From NCBI GenBank assembly GCA_040753015.1, contig JBFMHM010000002.1, positions 193,126 through 257,125 of the forward strand: a stretch of 64,000 nt of DNA. The letters run 5' to 3'. The notes under the pieces were generated by a model that had not been told where the DNA came from, did not search any database, and saw only the letters and a program-made list of their open reading frames with translations. Origin of the DNA: Candidatus Omnitrophota bacterium. Its GTDB lineage: Bacteria > Omnitrophota > Gorgyraeia > Gygaellales > JBFMHM01. The position numbers and the translations under genes are program-made. Shown here in pieces: positions 31,599-41,782 of this stretch (position 1 is the stretch's first letter; every line of letters begins with the position of its first letter).

Positions 31599-32582
31599 CT
31601 ATTCTTGTTTTATTTTACCAAAAACCATTCTTCCGGCTTGAGTCTGCAAAGAAGAAGTAACAATTACTTTTACATCATGCCCTAGTAATTTTCTGGCATC
31701 TTCAATAACAACCATCGTGCCATCATCTAAATAGCCAATAGCCTGATTATGCTCTTTGCCTTCTTTAACTAGTTTTAACTGTAGAACTTCTCCGGGAAAT
31801 ACTACTGCCTTTAAGGCATTGGTTAACTCGTTAATATTAAGAATTTTTACTCCTTGAAGGCTCGCAACTCTATTTAGATTAAAATCAACCGTTAAGAGCC
31901 TGCCCCCTAAAACTTTTGCTAATTTTACCAGCTTTGCATCAACTTCTAATACTTCAGGAAAATCTTCCTCATGAATCCCTATGCCAATATGAGGATCTTT
32001 TTGTAAAGTGTGCAATATATCTAGGCCACGCCTGCCGCGCTGCCTTTTTATCGGATCAGAAGAATCAGAAATCTGCTGTAATTCTTTCAAAACAAAACGC
32101 GGAACAATAAGCTTCCCTTGAATAAAATTCGTTTTAAATAAATCAATAATCCTTCCATCAATAATAACGCTTGTATCTAATAGTATTATATCCTGGCTTT
32201 GTTCTTCACGCCTAAATCTTACATAAGGAATAATCAGGTTAAACTCGTCTTTACCGCGAAGCCCGATACTTAAACCGAGGTAACAAAATATTACAGTAAA
32301 AATTACTCTGATTAAGGCTAAAGTCCCTTCATTAATTGGCGCAAGACTAAACGCGTCTCCAACTAATTTTGCAAAGATTAATCCTAGAAAAAGCCCAAAA
32401 ACCGCACTAGATAACCCTCTTACCGAAACTCTACGCATACCAATTTCAGAAAGGATTATAATTGCACCTGCAATCGCGCCAACTAACGCACCAGCCCATT
32501 GTAAATTGCGCATTGCTCCTGTCTGAAAACCAACAATAATACTAGAAATTAAAAAAAGAATCCTTATAAAAACAATAGTCAT
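31599..32582 (-). CDS. PIN + TRAM domain membrane-anchored protein (YacL-like)
   Basis: N-terminal TM segments, a PIN domain ([14 protein letters not shown]) and a C-terminal TRAM domain; Bacillus yacL context between radA and ispD. Confidence 0.7.
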   Translation of the reverse strand: MTIVFIRILFLISSIIVGFQTGAMRNLQWAGALVGAIAGAIIILSEIGMRRVSVRGLSSAVFGLFLGLIFAKLVGDAFSLAPINEGTLALIRVIFTVIFCYLGLSIGLRGKDEFNLIIPYVRFRREEQSQDIILLDTSVIIDGRIIDLFKTNFIQGKLIVPRFVLKELQQISDSSDPIKRQRGRRGLDILHTLQKDPHIGIGIHEEDFPEVLEVDAKLVKLAKVLGGRLLTVDFNLNRVASLQGVKILNINELTNALKAVVFPGEVLQLKLVKEGKEHNQAIGYLDDGTMVVIEDARKLLGHDVKVIVTSSLQTQAGRMVFGKIKQE

Positions 32583-32595
32583 TTATTCCCCCTAT

Positions 32596-33957
32596 CTATA
32601 ATATATAATCAATTGCCTCTTTTAATGCTTCAACCGCTAAAATATCTAAATTAAATTTCTTATCTATATCTTTATAATTACTTTTTGGCAAAACACATCT
32701 TTTAAAACCAATCCTTTCAATCTCCTTAATCCGCGATATTATCTGATTTATAGAGCGGATTTCCCCACTTAAACCAACCTCGCCTAAAATAACTGTATCG
32801 TTACTTATCTGCTTATCTTTAAAACTCGAAACTATTGCCATTATAATTGCCAAATCACAAGCCGGATCCTCAACTTGTATACCACCAGCAATATTTACAA
32901 ATATATCTTGATTTACTAGATTTAAACCGAGCCTTTTTTCACATACCGCAACTAAAAGACTAAGCCTACTATAATCAAAACCCTGTGACTTACGTTGCGC
33001 ATAACCAAAAGAGCTTGCACAAGTAAGCGACTGAGCTTCAACTAAAATGGGGCGAGTCCCTTCAATAACACAGGTTAATACAGAGCCAGAAGCTTTTTTC
33101 GAAGCTTGAGACAAAAAAACTTCGGATGGATTCGATACCTCCTTAAGCCCAAAAGAACCCATCTCAAAAATCCCAATTTCATTAGTAGAGCCAAATCTAT
33201 TTTTTACTGCTCGTAAAATCCTGAAGTTTGTAAATCTATCTCCCTCAAAATATAATACCGTATCAACTAAATGTTCCAACACTCTTGGCCCGGCAAGCGT
33301 ACCTTCTTTAGTTACATGACCAATCAAGAATAAAGCGATATTTTTTGTTTTAGCAATCCTCGTTAGCTCGCCGGCACAAAATCTTACTTGAGAAACACTA
33401 CCTGCAGCTGATGGTACATCTTGGCTATTTATCACTTGAATTGAATCAACAATCACAATATCAAAAGATGAGTTTCTAATATAATCTAGAATTGAACCTA
33501 AGTCTGTCTGATTAACTATATAAAGCGTATTACAATTTTTTATACCAATCCTTTGAGCGCGCATTTTTGTCTGATTAACAGATTCCTCTGCGCTGACATA
33601 TAAAATTTTAAAATCTCTTGTACCTAATTTTGATGCTATCTCAAGACAAATTGTAGATTTACCGATACCAGGATCACCGCCAATCAAAACTACCGATCCA
33701 CGCACAATACCACCGCCTAAAACACGGTCTAACTCTTTATTATTAGTCGCTAAACGGTTATCATCGGCTCCATAAACTACATCCTTTAGTAGAACTGGTG
33801 TGATTTTTTCCAAAGATTCGCCTAAATTATTTTTTATAGATTGGGTAAATGCGTCTTCAACAAAAGAATTCCAATTATTGCAATCTGGACAACGTCCTAG
33901 CCAGCGCGGGCTTTGGTATCCGCAAGACTGGCAACTGAACACTGTTTTGGTCTTCAT
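32596..33957 (-). CDS. radA: DNA repair protein RadA
   Basis: N-terminal zinc finger (CQSCGYQSPRWLGRCPDCNNW), RecA-like Walker A (GGDPGIGKST), KNRFG motif and a Lon-like C-terminal domain. Confidence 0.9.
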   Translation of the reverse strand: MKTKTVFSCQSCGYQSPRWLGRCPDCNNWNSFVEDAFTQSIKNNLGESLEKITPVLLKDVVYGADDNRLATNNKELDRVLGGGIVRGSVVLIGGDPGIGKSTICLEIASKLGTRDFKILYVSAEESVNQTKMRAQRIGIKNCNTLYIVNQTDLGSILDYIRNSSFDIVIVDSIQVINSQDVPSAAGSVSQVRFCAGELTRIAKTKNIALFLIGHVTKEGTLAGPRVLEHLVDTVLYFEGDRFTNFRILRAVKNRFGSTNEIGIFEMGSFGLKEVSNPSEVFLSQASKKASGSVLTCVIEGTRPILVEAQSLTCASSFGYAQRKSQGFDYSRLSLLVAVCEKRLGLNLVNQDIFVNIAGGIQVEDPACDLAIIMAIVSSFKDKQISNDTVILGEVGLSGEIRSINQIISRIKEIERIGFKRCVLPKSNYKDIDKKFNLDILAVEALKEAIDYIL

Positions 33958-34574
33958 TTTTTATATTGTTTTTCCCAGCCTGGCGGCTTAAAGAGAAGTT
34001 TCCATGGATGGTCTTTTATATCTCGAGAAAACTCTTCGAAATTATTGTAAACACTATCGTCACTAATAAACTTACCAACGGTACCTTTGCCTTCATCAAT
34101 CTTGGTCAAAATGCTATCCATTCTCTTACCAATTCTATCCATAAGATCAGACAGCTGGCACATCGGAGCTGTATCTTGGCCACGAAGCTGGCTATTTTGA
34201 ACAACATATTCTTTAGATAAACCGGGAATTATTTCAATATATTTCTCGCCTAAAAACCCTAAGGTATTAACCCAAACATCTGAATCAACGGGTATCTTAG
34301 CATCACTCTTTACCCAAACTCCAACCTCAACAAACTGATTCTTATTTTCATCCATAATAAAATTGATCTTCCTTACCTCACCAACTAAGACACCTGCAAA
34401 CCTAACAGGGGCAAATGTCTTAACACCATTTGCATAAGAAAAAATTAATTTTAGGTTATACCCACCGTCGGTTAATCTAAAATCACTTATAAAAAAAAGG
34501 AAACAGGATAAAATAATAATACCGACCACAACAAATATCCCCACTTCTAATTCTAAATTCTTCCTGTTTATCAT
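33954..34574 (-). CDS. mlaD: MlaD-like MCE-domain protein
   Basis: N-terminal TM anchor plus an MCE domain; co-operonic with mlaE and mlaF. Confidence 0.7.
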   Translation of the reverse strand: MINRKNLELEVGIFVVVGIIILSCFLFFISDFRLTDGGYNLKLIFSYANGVKTFAPVRFAGVLVGEVRKINFIMDENKNQFVEVGVWVKSDAKIPVDSDVWVNTLGFLGEKYIEIIPGLSKEYVVQNSQLRGQDTAPMCQLSDLMDRIGKRMDSILTKIDEGKGTVGKFISDDSVYNNFEEFSRDIKDHPWKLLFKPPGWEKQYKK

Positions 34575-34602
34575 CCGTCCTCCCTCTATTTATAAAAACA
34601 AA

Positions 34603-35367
34603 TTAAAAACCATCTATTGTTTCGGTTATCGGCCCGTGCGACGAACCAGTAATAAATTGTTTTACTACGGGATGCGTAGTATTTTGAATTTCACGCGGCG
34701 TACCCTCTGCAATGATTTTACCTTTATAAAGCATTACTATTCTATCAGCAATTTTATACGCAGACACCATATCATGAGTAACAACAATTGAAGTTACCTT
34801 TAACTGATCATGCATCGATCGTATTAATTCATTAATCGAATCGGCTGTAATTGGATCAACTCCTGTTGTAGGTTCATCATAAAGAATAATTTCCGGTTTG
34901 AGGCATATTGCGCGCGCAAGTGCCGCACGTTTTCTCATGCCACCTGAAAGTTCTGATGGTAAAACATTTTGAATACCGCTTAAATCGACTAAATGAAGCG
35001 CTTCTTCAACTTTCTTATATAATTCATCCCTTGGAATGTTACTATATTCTAAATATTTGAATCCTACGTTTTCACCAACTGACAAAGAATCAAATAAAGC
35101 CCCGCCCTGAAACACTACACCAAATTTATTCCTTATTTCATTTAATTCTTTCCATGTAAGCTTTGTTATATTAACCCCATCGACAATCACCTTTGCATCT
35201 AGATTATCTGGAATAAGTAAACCAACAATATGTTTCAATAATACTGACTTTCCACAACCAGATCTTCCAATGATAACAAGCGTCTCTCCATCTTTAATTT
35301 CTAAATTTAACTTATCTAAAACTATATGATTACCAAATTTTTTAGATATATTTTCTATTTTTATCAT
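34603..35367 (-). CDS. mlaF: ABC transporter ATP-binding protein MlaF-like
   Basis: Walker A GRSGCGKS, signature LSGGM, Walker B ILYDEPT. Confidence 0.75.
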   Translation of the reverse strand: MIKIENISKKFGNHIVLDKLNLEIKDGETLVIIGRSGCGKSVLLKHIVGLLIPDNLDAKVIVDGVNITKLTWKELNEIRNKFGVVFQGGALFDSLSVGENVGFKYLEYSNIPRDELYKKVEEALHLVDLSGIQNVLPSELSGGMRKRAALARAICLKPEIILYDEPTTGVDPITADSINELIRSMHDQLKVTSIVVTHDMVSAYKIADRIVMLYKGKIIAEGTPREIQNTTHPVVKQFITGSSHGPITETIDGF

Positions 35368-35368
35368 A

Positions 35369-36151
35369 TTATTTTAGGAAATAAAATATAGCTGTAAATA
35401 TACAATCTGCAACAATAATTAAAATAAACGAATTAACTACAGATACTGTGGTTGCCCTACCTACACCTTCTGCTCCACCCTCAACTTTCATGCCATGATA
35501 ACAAGATACAATTGCAATTATAATTGCAAAAACGAAAGACTTAAGAAGGCCTGTAAAAATATCTTTATATTCTATTGCTTCTGTTACCATTTTTATATAA
35601 AAATGAGAATTTACGCCGAGTTTTTGAACACACACAAGCCAACCTCCGGCAATGCCAATTAAATCCGCATAAATTACTAGAAGCGGTACCATAAAAAATA
35701 AGGCTAGAAATCTTGGCACTACTAAATATCTAATTGGATTTGTTGCCAAAGTCTCAAGGGCATCAATTTGTTCGGAAACCTTCATTGTACCTATCTCAGC
35801 AGTAATACTTGCGCCATTACGTCCCGCAACAACAAGACTCGTTAATACCGGCCCCAACTCCCTAACTAAAGAAAGAGCAACAATATTTGCGATATAAATT
35901 TCAGAACCCATTTTTGATAACATATAGGCTGTTTGAAACGCCAAAATCATTCCTAGAAAAAACGCGACTAGCGATACTATCGGAAGACTTTCTACACCAA
36001 TAACCTTAGATTGAAATAATATACGGTCTAATTTAAACGGCCGAGAGAAAACCTGTAAGATGTTATTAAACAAAAGAACTAAAAGCCCTCCTAAATATTC
36101 TATACAAGAAAGTATTTTTGCTCCCAGATTTCCTATGCGACGTTTTATCAT
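35369..36151 (-). CDS. mlaE: ABC transporter permease MlaE-like
   Basis: 260 aa multi-TM permease of the MlaE/YrbE family; adjacent to mlaF and mlaD. Confidence 0.75.
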   Translation of the reverse strand: MIKRRIGNLGAKILSCIEYLGGLLVLLFNNILQVFSRPFKLDRILFQSKVIGVESLPIVSLVAFFLGMILAFQTAYMLSKMGSEIYIANIVALSLVRELGPVLTSLVVAGRNGASITAEIGTMKVSEQIDALETLATNPIRYLVVPRFLALFFMVPLLVIYADLIGIAGGWLVCVQKLGVNSHFYIKMVTEAIEYKDIFTGLLKSFVFAIIIAIVSCYHGMKVEGGAEGVGRATTVSVVNSFILIIVADCIFTAIFYFLK

Positions 36152-36152
36152 A

Positions 36153-38600
36153 CTATTTTTTCGCCTTCTCTACGCTAGCTTTAGTTTCAGAAAAAAATAA
36201 TTCTTCATTCTTTCGATCAACTATAATTTTTTGTCCTGACTTAAGACGGCCAGCAATTATTTCTTGGGCAAGAGGATCTTCTAAATAACGCTGAATAGTC
36301 CTTTTCAAAGGACGTGCTCCGAAAACTTGATCAAAACCCTTTTCAATCAAAAATTCTTTTGCCTGAGAAGTCAGCTCAAAATTAATATTCTGCTCTTTTA
36401 GCCTATTTAATACCTCGCCTAGTTCTATATCTAAAATCTTAAAAAGGTCTTCTTTCAGAAGCGAATGGAATACAATTATATCATCGATCCTATTCAAGAA
36501 TTCCGGTTTGAATGCTCTTTTAACCTCATCAAAAAGCTTCTCTTTCATATCCTGATAACTTACCTCTTCCTTCTGCGCCTTAAAACCAATTGAACCTTGT
36601 TGCCTTAACATTTGCGCACCAACATTAGAGGTCATAATTAAAATCGTGTTTCTAAAATCAATTTTTCTGCCAAAACTATCGGTAAGACGGCCATCTTCTA
36701 ATACTTGAAGAAGTAAATTAAACACATCCGGATGCGCCTTCTCAATTTCATCAAGAAGTATTACAGCATACGGCCTGCGCCTAATCCTTTCAGTCAGTTG
36801 GCCTCCTTCTTCATATCCTACATATCCCGGAGGAGCCCCTATTAGACGAGAAACATTAAACTTTTCCATATATTCAGACATATCAAGCTGAATTAAAGCA
36901 TTATCATCACCAAACATAAATTCCGCGATTGCGCGGGCTAAAAGAGTTTTTCCGACACCTGTTGGGCCTAAAAATACAAAAGAACCTATAGGGCGCTTTG
37001 GATCTTTAATCCCGGCACGCGATCTTCTGATCGAACGCGCAATAGCGCTTATCGCTTCTTCTTGCCCAATAACGCGTTTATGCAATTCGTCTTCGATTTT
37101 TAACAATTTTTCGCTTTCTTTTTGCTCAAGCTTTAAGATTGGAATACCTGTCCATTGTGCAACTATCTTTGCGATATCATCATCATTTACGACCGGTATA
37201 GTTTGTTCTTTTTTCTTCATCCAATTCTTATTAATATCGTCAAGCTTAACGCGCAACTCACGTTCTTTATCTCTAAATTGAGCGGCTTTCTCAAAATCTT
37301 GCGATTTAATAAACGATTCTTTTTCTTTCTTAATATTCTCCATCTCTTTCTCTAGATCCTTTATATCTGGCGGAGTAACTAAAACATTCAAACGAGAACG
37401 CGATCCTGCTTCATCTATTAAATCGATCGCCTTATCAGGTAAAAATCTACCTGTAATATAACGATCAGATAGAACCGCTGCGGCTTCCAGCGCCGAGTCA
37501 TCAAATTTAACTCTATGATGCGCCTCGTATTTATCACGGAGCCCTTTTAGAATATCAACTGTTTGGCTAACTGTTGGAGGCTCAACCATAATGGTTTGAA
37601 AACGCCTCTCAAGCGCAGCATCTTTTTCAATGTATTTGCGATATTCATCAAGAGTCGTTGCCCCTATACATTGAATCTCACCTCGTGAAAGCGATGGTTT
37701 TAAAATATTCGAAGCATCTATAGCGCCCTCTGCTGCACCTGCGCCAACCAAAGTATGCAACTCATCAATAAAAATAATTATATCTTTGGAACGTTTAAGC
37801 TCTTCCATAACAGCTTTTATACGTTCTTCAAATTGACCACGGTATTTTGTACCAGCCACCATTAAAGCTAAGTCTAAAATTACAATATGCCTATCCTTTA
37901 ATACCTCAGGTACATTACCACTAACAATTGCTTGAGCTAAGCCTTCAACAATTGCTGTTTTACCAACACCAGCCTCACCTAAAAGCACAGGATTATTTTT
38001 CGTGCGGCGGGCTAAAATCTGAATAACGCGCTCAATTTCATTTTTCCTATTTATAACCGGATCCAACTTACCTTCACTTGCAAGCTGCGTAATATCACGG
38101 CCGAATGCCTCTAGCGCAGGGTTTTTAGTTTTTCCTTTTTTAACTGCACTAAAACCCGGGGTCGCCGACCCTAAAAGTTCCATTATTTCCTCTCTGACTT
38201 TATCTAAATCTAATCCAAGATTTAAAAGCACTTGAGAAGCTACACCTTCACCTTCTCTAATTAGGCCTAAAAGTATATGCTCAGTACCAATATAATTATG
38301 GCCCAAAGCTCGCGCTTCTTCAGCAGCAAGTTCTAAAACTTTTTTTGCACGGGGGGTAAATGGTATATCGCCCATAACTTGTGTTGCCGGGCCTGGCTGG
38401 ACTAATTTTTCAATCTCCATACGAATACTTTCAAGATCAAGCCCAAGTTTTTGTAAAACCGTTGCTGCCACGCCTTCACCTTCTCTAATTAGGCCTAAAA
38501 GCATATGCTCGGTGCCAATATAATCATGATTAAAGCGGCGTGCCTCCTCTTTTGATAAAATTATTACTTTTCTTGCGCGCTCTGTAAACCTATTAAACAT
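36153..38600 (-). CDS. clpC: ATP-dependent Clp protease ATP-binding subunit ClpC
   Basis: Duplicated Clp_N repeats, two AAA+ modules (GEAGVGKT and GPTGVGKT), and a UVR motif between D1 and D2; 815 aa. Confidence 0.9.
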   Translation of the reverse strand: MFNRFTERARKVIILSKEEARRFNHDYIGTEHMLLGLIREGEGVAATVLQKLGLDLESIRMEIEKLVQPGPATQVMGDIPFTPRAKKVLELAAEEARALGHNYIGTEHILLGLIREGEGVASQVLLNLGLDLDKVREEIMELLGSATPGFSAVKKGKTKNPALEAFGRDITQLASEGKLDPVINRKNEIERVIQILARRTKNNPVLLGEAGVGKTAIVEGLAQAIVSGNVPEVLKDRHIVILDLALMVAGTKYRGQFEERIKAVMEELKRSKDIIIFIDELHTLVGAGAAEGAIDASNILKPSLSRGEIQCIGATTLDEYRKYIEKDAALERRFQTIMVEPPTVSQTVDILKGLRDKYEAHHRVKFDDSALEAAAVLSDRYITGRFLPDKAIDLIDEAGSRSRLNVLVTPPDIKDLEKEMENIKKEKESFIKSQDFEKAAQFRDKERELRVKLDDINKNWMKKKEQTIPVVNDDDIAKIVAQWTGIPILKLEQKESEKLLKIEDELHKRVIGQEEAISAIARSIRRSRAGIKDPKRPIGSFVFLGPTGVGKTLLARAIAEFMFGDDNALIQLDMSEYMEKFNVSRLIGAPPGYVGYEEGGQLTERIRRRPYAVILLDEIEKAHPDVFNLLLQVLEDGRLTDSFGRKIDFRNTILIMTSNVGAQMLRQQGSIGFKAQKEEVSYQDMKEKLFDEVKRAFKPEFLNRIDDIIVFHSLLKEDLFKILDIELGEVLNRLKEQNINFELTSQAKEFLIEKGFDQVFGARPLKRTIQRYLEDPLAQEIIAGRLKSGQKIIVDRKNEELFFSETKASVEKAKK

Positions 38601-38653
38601 CGTAATTTCCTCCCCCTTACCGTCATATATGCAATCATTTTAAATCTACGTAA

Positions 38654-39700
38654 TCACTTTAATTTTTCTCTTATTATACTTGCCCTTTTAACATCTCTCT
38701 GGCCATGATCTAAAATCCTTCCTTCGAGTTTTTGCAAATGTGCCGGCTGAATCAATATAAATAATTCATTAATTTTTACACGATCCAGATTACTAATTAT
38801 ACCAAGATCACAACCCAACCTTACCCAAGAAAGCAATTCAGTTGTTTCTTGGCTAGTAATTATATAAGCGCTCTTTAAAATACCTAGGCTTCTGCCTATC
38901 CTATCTTCTAAAAATGCTTTTTTCTGATTAATTAATAATTTACGCGCTTGCTCTTCTTGTTCAATAACTTGCCTAATAAGACCATTAAGTTTATCTATTA
39001 TACCCTCTTCATTCTGGCCTAAAGATACCTGATTAGAAATTTGAAAAAAATTCCCTTGCGCCTGTGTTCCTTCGCCATAAAGGCCTCGAGTTGTAAAACC
39101 TAATTTTGATACCGCAGATAGAATTTTATTAATCTGCATTGTAATCACAAGTGCGGGAAGATGTAACATAACTGAACCTCGCATACCAGTTCCAGTGTTA
39201 GTAGGGCATGCGGTTAAATATCCCAACTCATCAGAATAGGCAAAATTTAACTTACTAGATAATAAATCATCTATTTGATTAATTATATTCCACGCTTCAA
39301 ATAAATCAAAACCGGAACGTATTACTTGAGTTCTCAGATGGTCTTCTTCATTAATCATTATAGAAATAATTTCTTCTTGATCAACAACTATACCTTTAGA
39401 ATCAACCTTCATAGCCTGCTCGCGAGAAATAAGATGCCTCTCGATTAAAAATTGTTTGTCTAAATTATTCAGATCAGCCATTTTTAGCATTAAGGTGTTT
39501 TTTAGAAAATCAACTCTTGAAGATGCTTTAAAAACTTCTTCTAATACGCCCTGGGCCTGCTTCTTATCTGCCCACTGCGGGAATGGAATATTTTCTAGAT
39601 TTCTTGCAAGCCTAATACGGCTGGATATAACTATGTCAGAATTTGGCCCTGTGCCCTTAAGCCATTCACTTGTATGTTTGACTAAATTGTCCAAAATCAT
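38654..39700 (-). CDS. mcsB: protein arginine kinase McsB
   Basis: ATP:guanido phosphotransferase catalytic domain (CPTNTGTGMR); adjacent to mcsA and clpC. Confidence 0.85.
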   Translation of the reverse strand: MILDNLVKHTSEWLKGTGPNSDIVISSRIRLARNLENIPFPQWADKKQAQGVLEEVFKASSRVDFLKNTLMLKMADLNNLDKQFLIERHLISREQAMKVDSKGIVVDQEEIISIMINEEDHLRTQVIRSGFDLFEAWNIINQIDDLLSSKLNFAYSDELGYLTACPTNTGTGMRGSVMLHLPALVITMQINKILSAVSKLGFTTRGLYGEGTQAQGNFFQISNQVSLGQNEEGIIDKLNGLIRQVIEQEEQARKLLINQKKAFLEDRIGRSLGILKSAYIITSQETTELLSWVRLGCDLGIISNLDRVKINELFILIQPAHLQKLEGRILDHGQRDVKRASIIREKLK

Positions 39701-40230
39701 TTTTTACCCTCACCATTCTTTTTTTCCAGCTCACGAATTCTGTCACGAATTTTTGCTGCATCTTCAAAATTTTCTTTCTTGATTGCCTCTTGAAGCTGAG
39801 ATTTCAATACACCTATTTCTGATTCCCGCCTAGGTTCTCGAATAATTTTAGAAGGTTTAACTACACCATAAAGCATCTTAGGCGCCTTGCCTAAATGTTG
39901 GCTTGAACCATGGATTTTTTTTAAAAGAGGTACTAGGTATTTTCGAAAAGTATCATAACAATGACTGCAGCCAAGCCTACCAACCTTTCTAAAATCATCG
40001 TAAGAAATATGGCAAACAGGGCATTTTAATCCTAACGTATCTTTATCTGCCTTCTGCCCACCAAGCTCGGTTAATCCTGCTAAAAGATCTGCCAACCCAA
40101 ACTGCTGCTCCATCTCAATACTTTTCTTCTTTGCACAGCCCTCGCAAAGATGAAGTTCTGTCATTTGATCATCAACAATTTCAGTAAGATGGACGGTTGC
40201 TTTATCTTTCCCACAAATATCACAAAACAT
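39697..40230 (-). CDS. mcsA: McsA (UvrB/UvrC-motif activator of McsB)
   Basis: N-terminal zinc fingers (CDICGK...HLCEGCA) and a C-terminal UVR motif (LQEAIKKENFEDAAKIRDRIRELE). Confidence 0.8.
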   Translation of the reverse strand: MFCDICGKDKATVHLTEIVDDQMTELHLCEGCAKKKSIEMEQQFGLADLLAGLTELGGQKADKDTLGLKCPVCHISYDDFRKVGRLGCSHCYDTFRKYLVPLLKKIHGSSQHLGKAPKMLYGVVKPSKIIREPRRESEIGVLKSQLQEAIKKENFEDAAKIRDRIRELEKKNGEGKK

Positions 40231-41099
40231 TAATACCTTACTCCTTCTGTTTTTGTTGCCTTTTTAAATTCTTTAATCAATTTTAATGTCATCTTACCTG
40301 GGACACCTTTGCCAATAATTCTGCCGTCAACTTTAACTACAGGAATAATCTCGGCAGCTGTACCAGTTAAAAAAACCTCATCACTAATAAAAACTTCATG
40401 CCTTGTAATAACGTGCTCATGATTAATAATCTCTAACCTATCGGCTATATTCAAAACAGTGTCGCGCGTAATACCACGAAGTGTTCCCATGCATTGAGGA
40501 GGCGTAAATAATTCGCCACGTTTTACAATAAAAATATTATCCCCGGTGCATTCTGCAACATAACCCATACTATCAAGCATTATCGCTTCTTCGCACCCGG
40601 CATTCACAGCTTCAATTTTTGCTAAAACATTATTAAGATAATTAAGAGATTTAATTTGAGGATTAAGCGCCTCTGGCAAGTTGCGCACGGTCGGCACAGT
40701 AATTATTGAAAGCCCTTTATCATACATTTCTTTCGGATATAAAACTATATTATCAGCAATAATTACAATTGTTGCCCTACCTCGGCATTTACGCGGATCA
40801 AGGCCTAAATCGCCTTCACCACGTGAAACGATTACTCTAATGTAAGCATTATCTAATTTATTTGCTTTTAAGGTATAGCAAACAGCTTCAATGAATTCTT
40901 CTTTAGAAATCCCAATATTAAGCATAATTGAATGCGCAGATTCATAAAGCCTATCCACATGTTCTTTCAATTTAAATACTAGACGGTTATAACTTCTAAT
41001 TCCTTCAAAAACACCATCACCATAAAGATACCCATGATCAAAAACTGAAATCTTTGCCTCATTTTTTGAAACCAGCTTACCATTGACATAAACTAACAT
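40230..41099 (-). CDS. class IV (fold-type IV) aminotransferase, branched-chain or D-amino-acid type
   Basis: 289 aa; FDHGYLYGDGVFEGIRSY...DRLYESA; class IV PLP enzyme. Confidence 0.7.
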   Translation of the reverse strand: MLVYVNGKLVSKNEAKISVFDHGYLYGDGVFEGIRSYNRLVFKLKEHVDRLYESAHSIMLNIGISKEEFIEAVCYTLKANKLDNAYIRVIVSRGEGDLGLDPRKCRGRATIVIIADNIVLYPKEMYDKGLSIITVPTVRNLPEALNPQIKSLNYLNNVLAKIEAVNAGCEEAIMLDSMGYVAECTGDNIFIVKRGELFTPPQCMGTLRGITRDTVLNIADRLEIINHEHVITRHEVFISDEVFLTGTAAEIIPVVKVDGRIIGKGVPGKMTLKLIKEFKKATKTEGVRY

Positions 41100-41111
41100 C
41101 CCGCCTCCTAA

Positions 41112-41780
41112 CTAATTTAAGATAATACCGTCTTTAATATGGATAATCCTATCCGCAATAGATGCAACATTCGCATCATGGGTAACTATTGCTATAGTTG
41201 TGTTATTTTTCTCTTTTAATTTTAAAAGCAGCGAACAAATCTGTTTGCCGTTAACTGAATCAAGATTTCCCGTTGGTTCATCGCATAAAAGCAAATCTGG
41301 TTTGTTCATTAATGCTCGAGCTATACTAAGCCTCTGCTGCTGGCCGCCAGAAAGTTCATTCGGCCTATGATTTATACGATCAAAAAGCCCAACCAAATCT
41401 AAAAGCTCTAGTGCCCTATCTTCAATCTGTTTTTTGTTTTTTTCTCTATTTATTAATGCCGGCATAATAACATTTTCTAATGCACTAAATTCTGGCAGTA
41501 AATGATAAAACTGAAATACAAAACCAATCCTCCTATTCCTAATCGAAGAAAGCTCTACATCTGAAAGATTAGCTAAATCAGTATCTTCAAAGAATACCTG
41601 GCCTTTACTTGGTAAATCTAAACCTCCTAATAAATGCAATAAAGTTGACTTACCTGCACCTGAAGGCCCAATTATTGCAACAGCTTCATTCTTTTTTATC
41701 TCAAGATTCACATTTTTAAGAACACATAAATCTTTATTGCCAATCTTATAAATTTTATCTACGTTGTTAACTCTTAGCAT
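41112..41780 (-). CDS. lolD: ABC transporter ATP-binding protein, LolD/MacB-type
   Basis: Walker A GPSGAGKST, signature LSGGQQQR, Walker B LLLCDEPT. Confidence 0.7.
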   Translation of the reverse strand: MLRVNNVDKIYKIGNKDLCVLKNVNLEIKKNEAVAIIGPSGAGKSTLLHLLGGLDLPSKGQVFFEDTDLANLSDVELSSIRNRRIGFVFQFYHLLPEFSALENVIMPALINREKNKKQIEDRALELLDLVGLFDRINHRPNELSGGQQQRLSIARALMNKPDLLLCDEPTGNLDSVNGKQICSLLLKLKEKNNTTIAIVTHDANVASIADRIIHIKDGIILN

Positions 41781-41782
41781 AA

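Noticed and set aside
40230-41099. Expectation of ctsR upstream of mcsA
   Set aside because: The gene immediately upstream is a class IV aminotransferase that overlaps the mcsA start, with no winged-helix CtsR-like ORF; no call was made.
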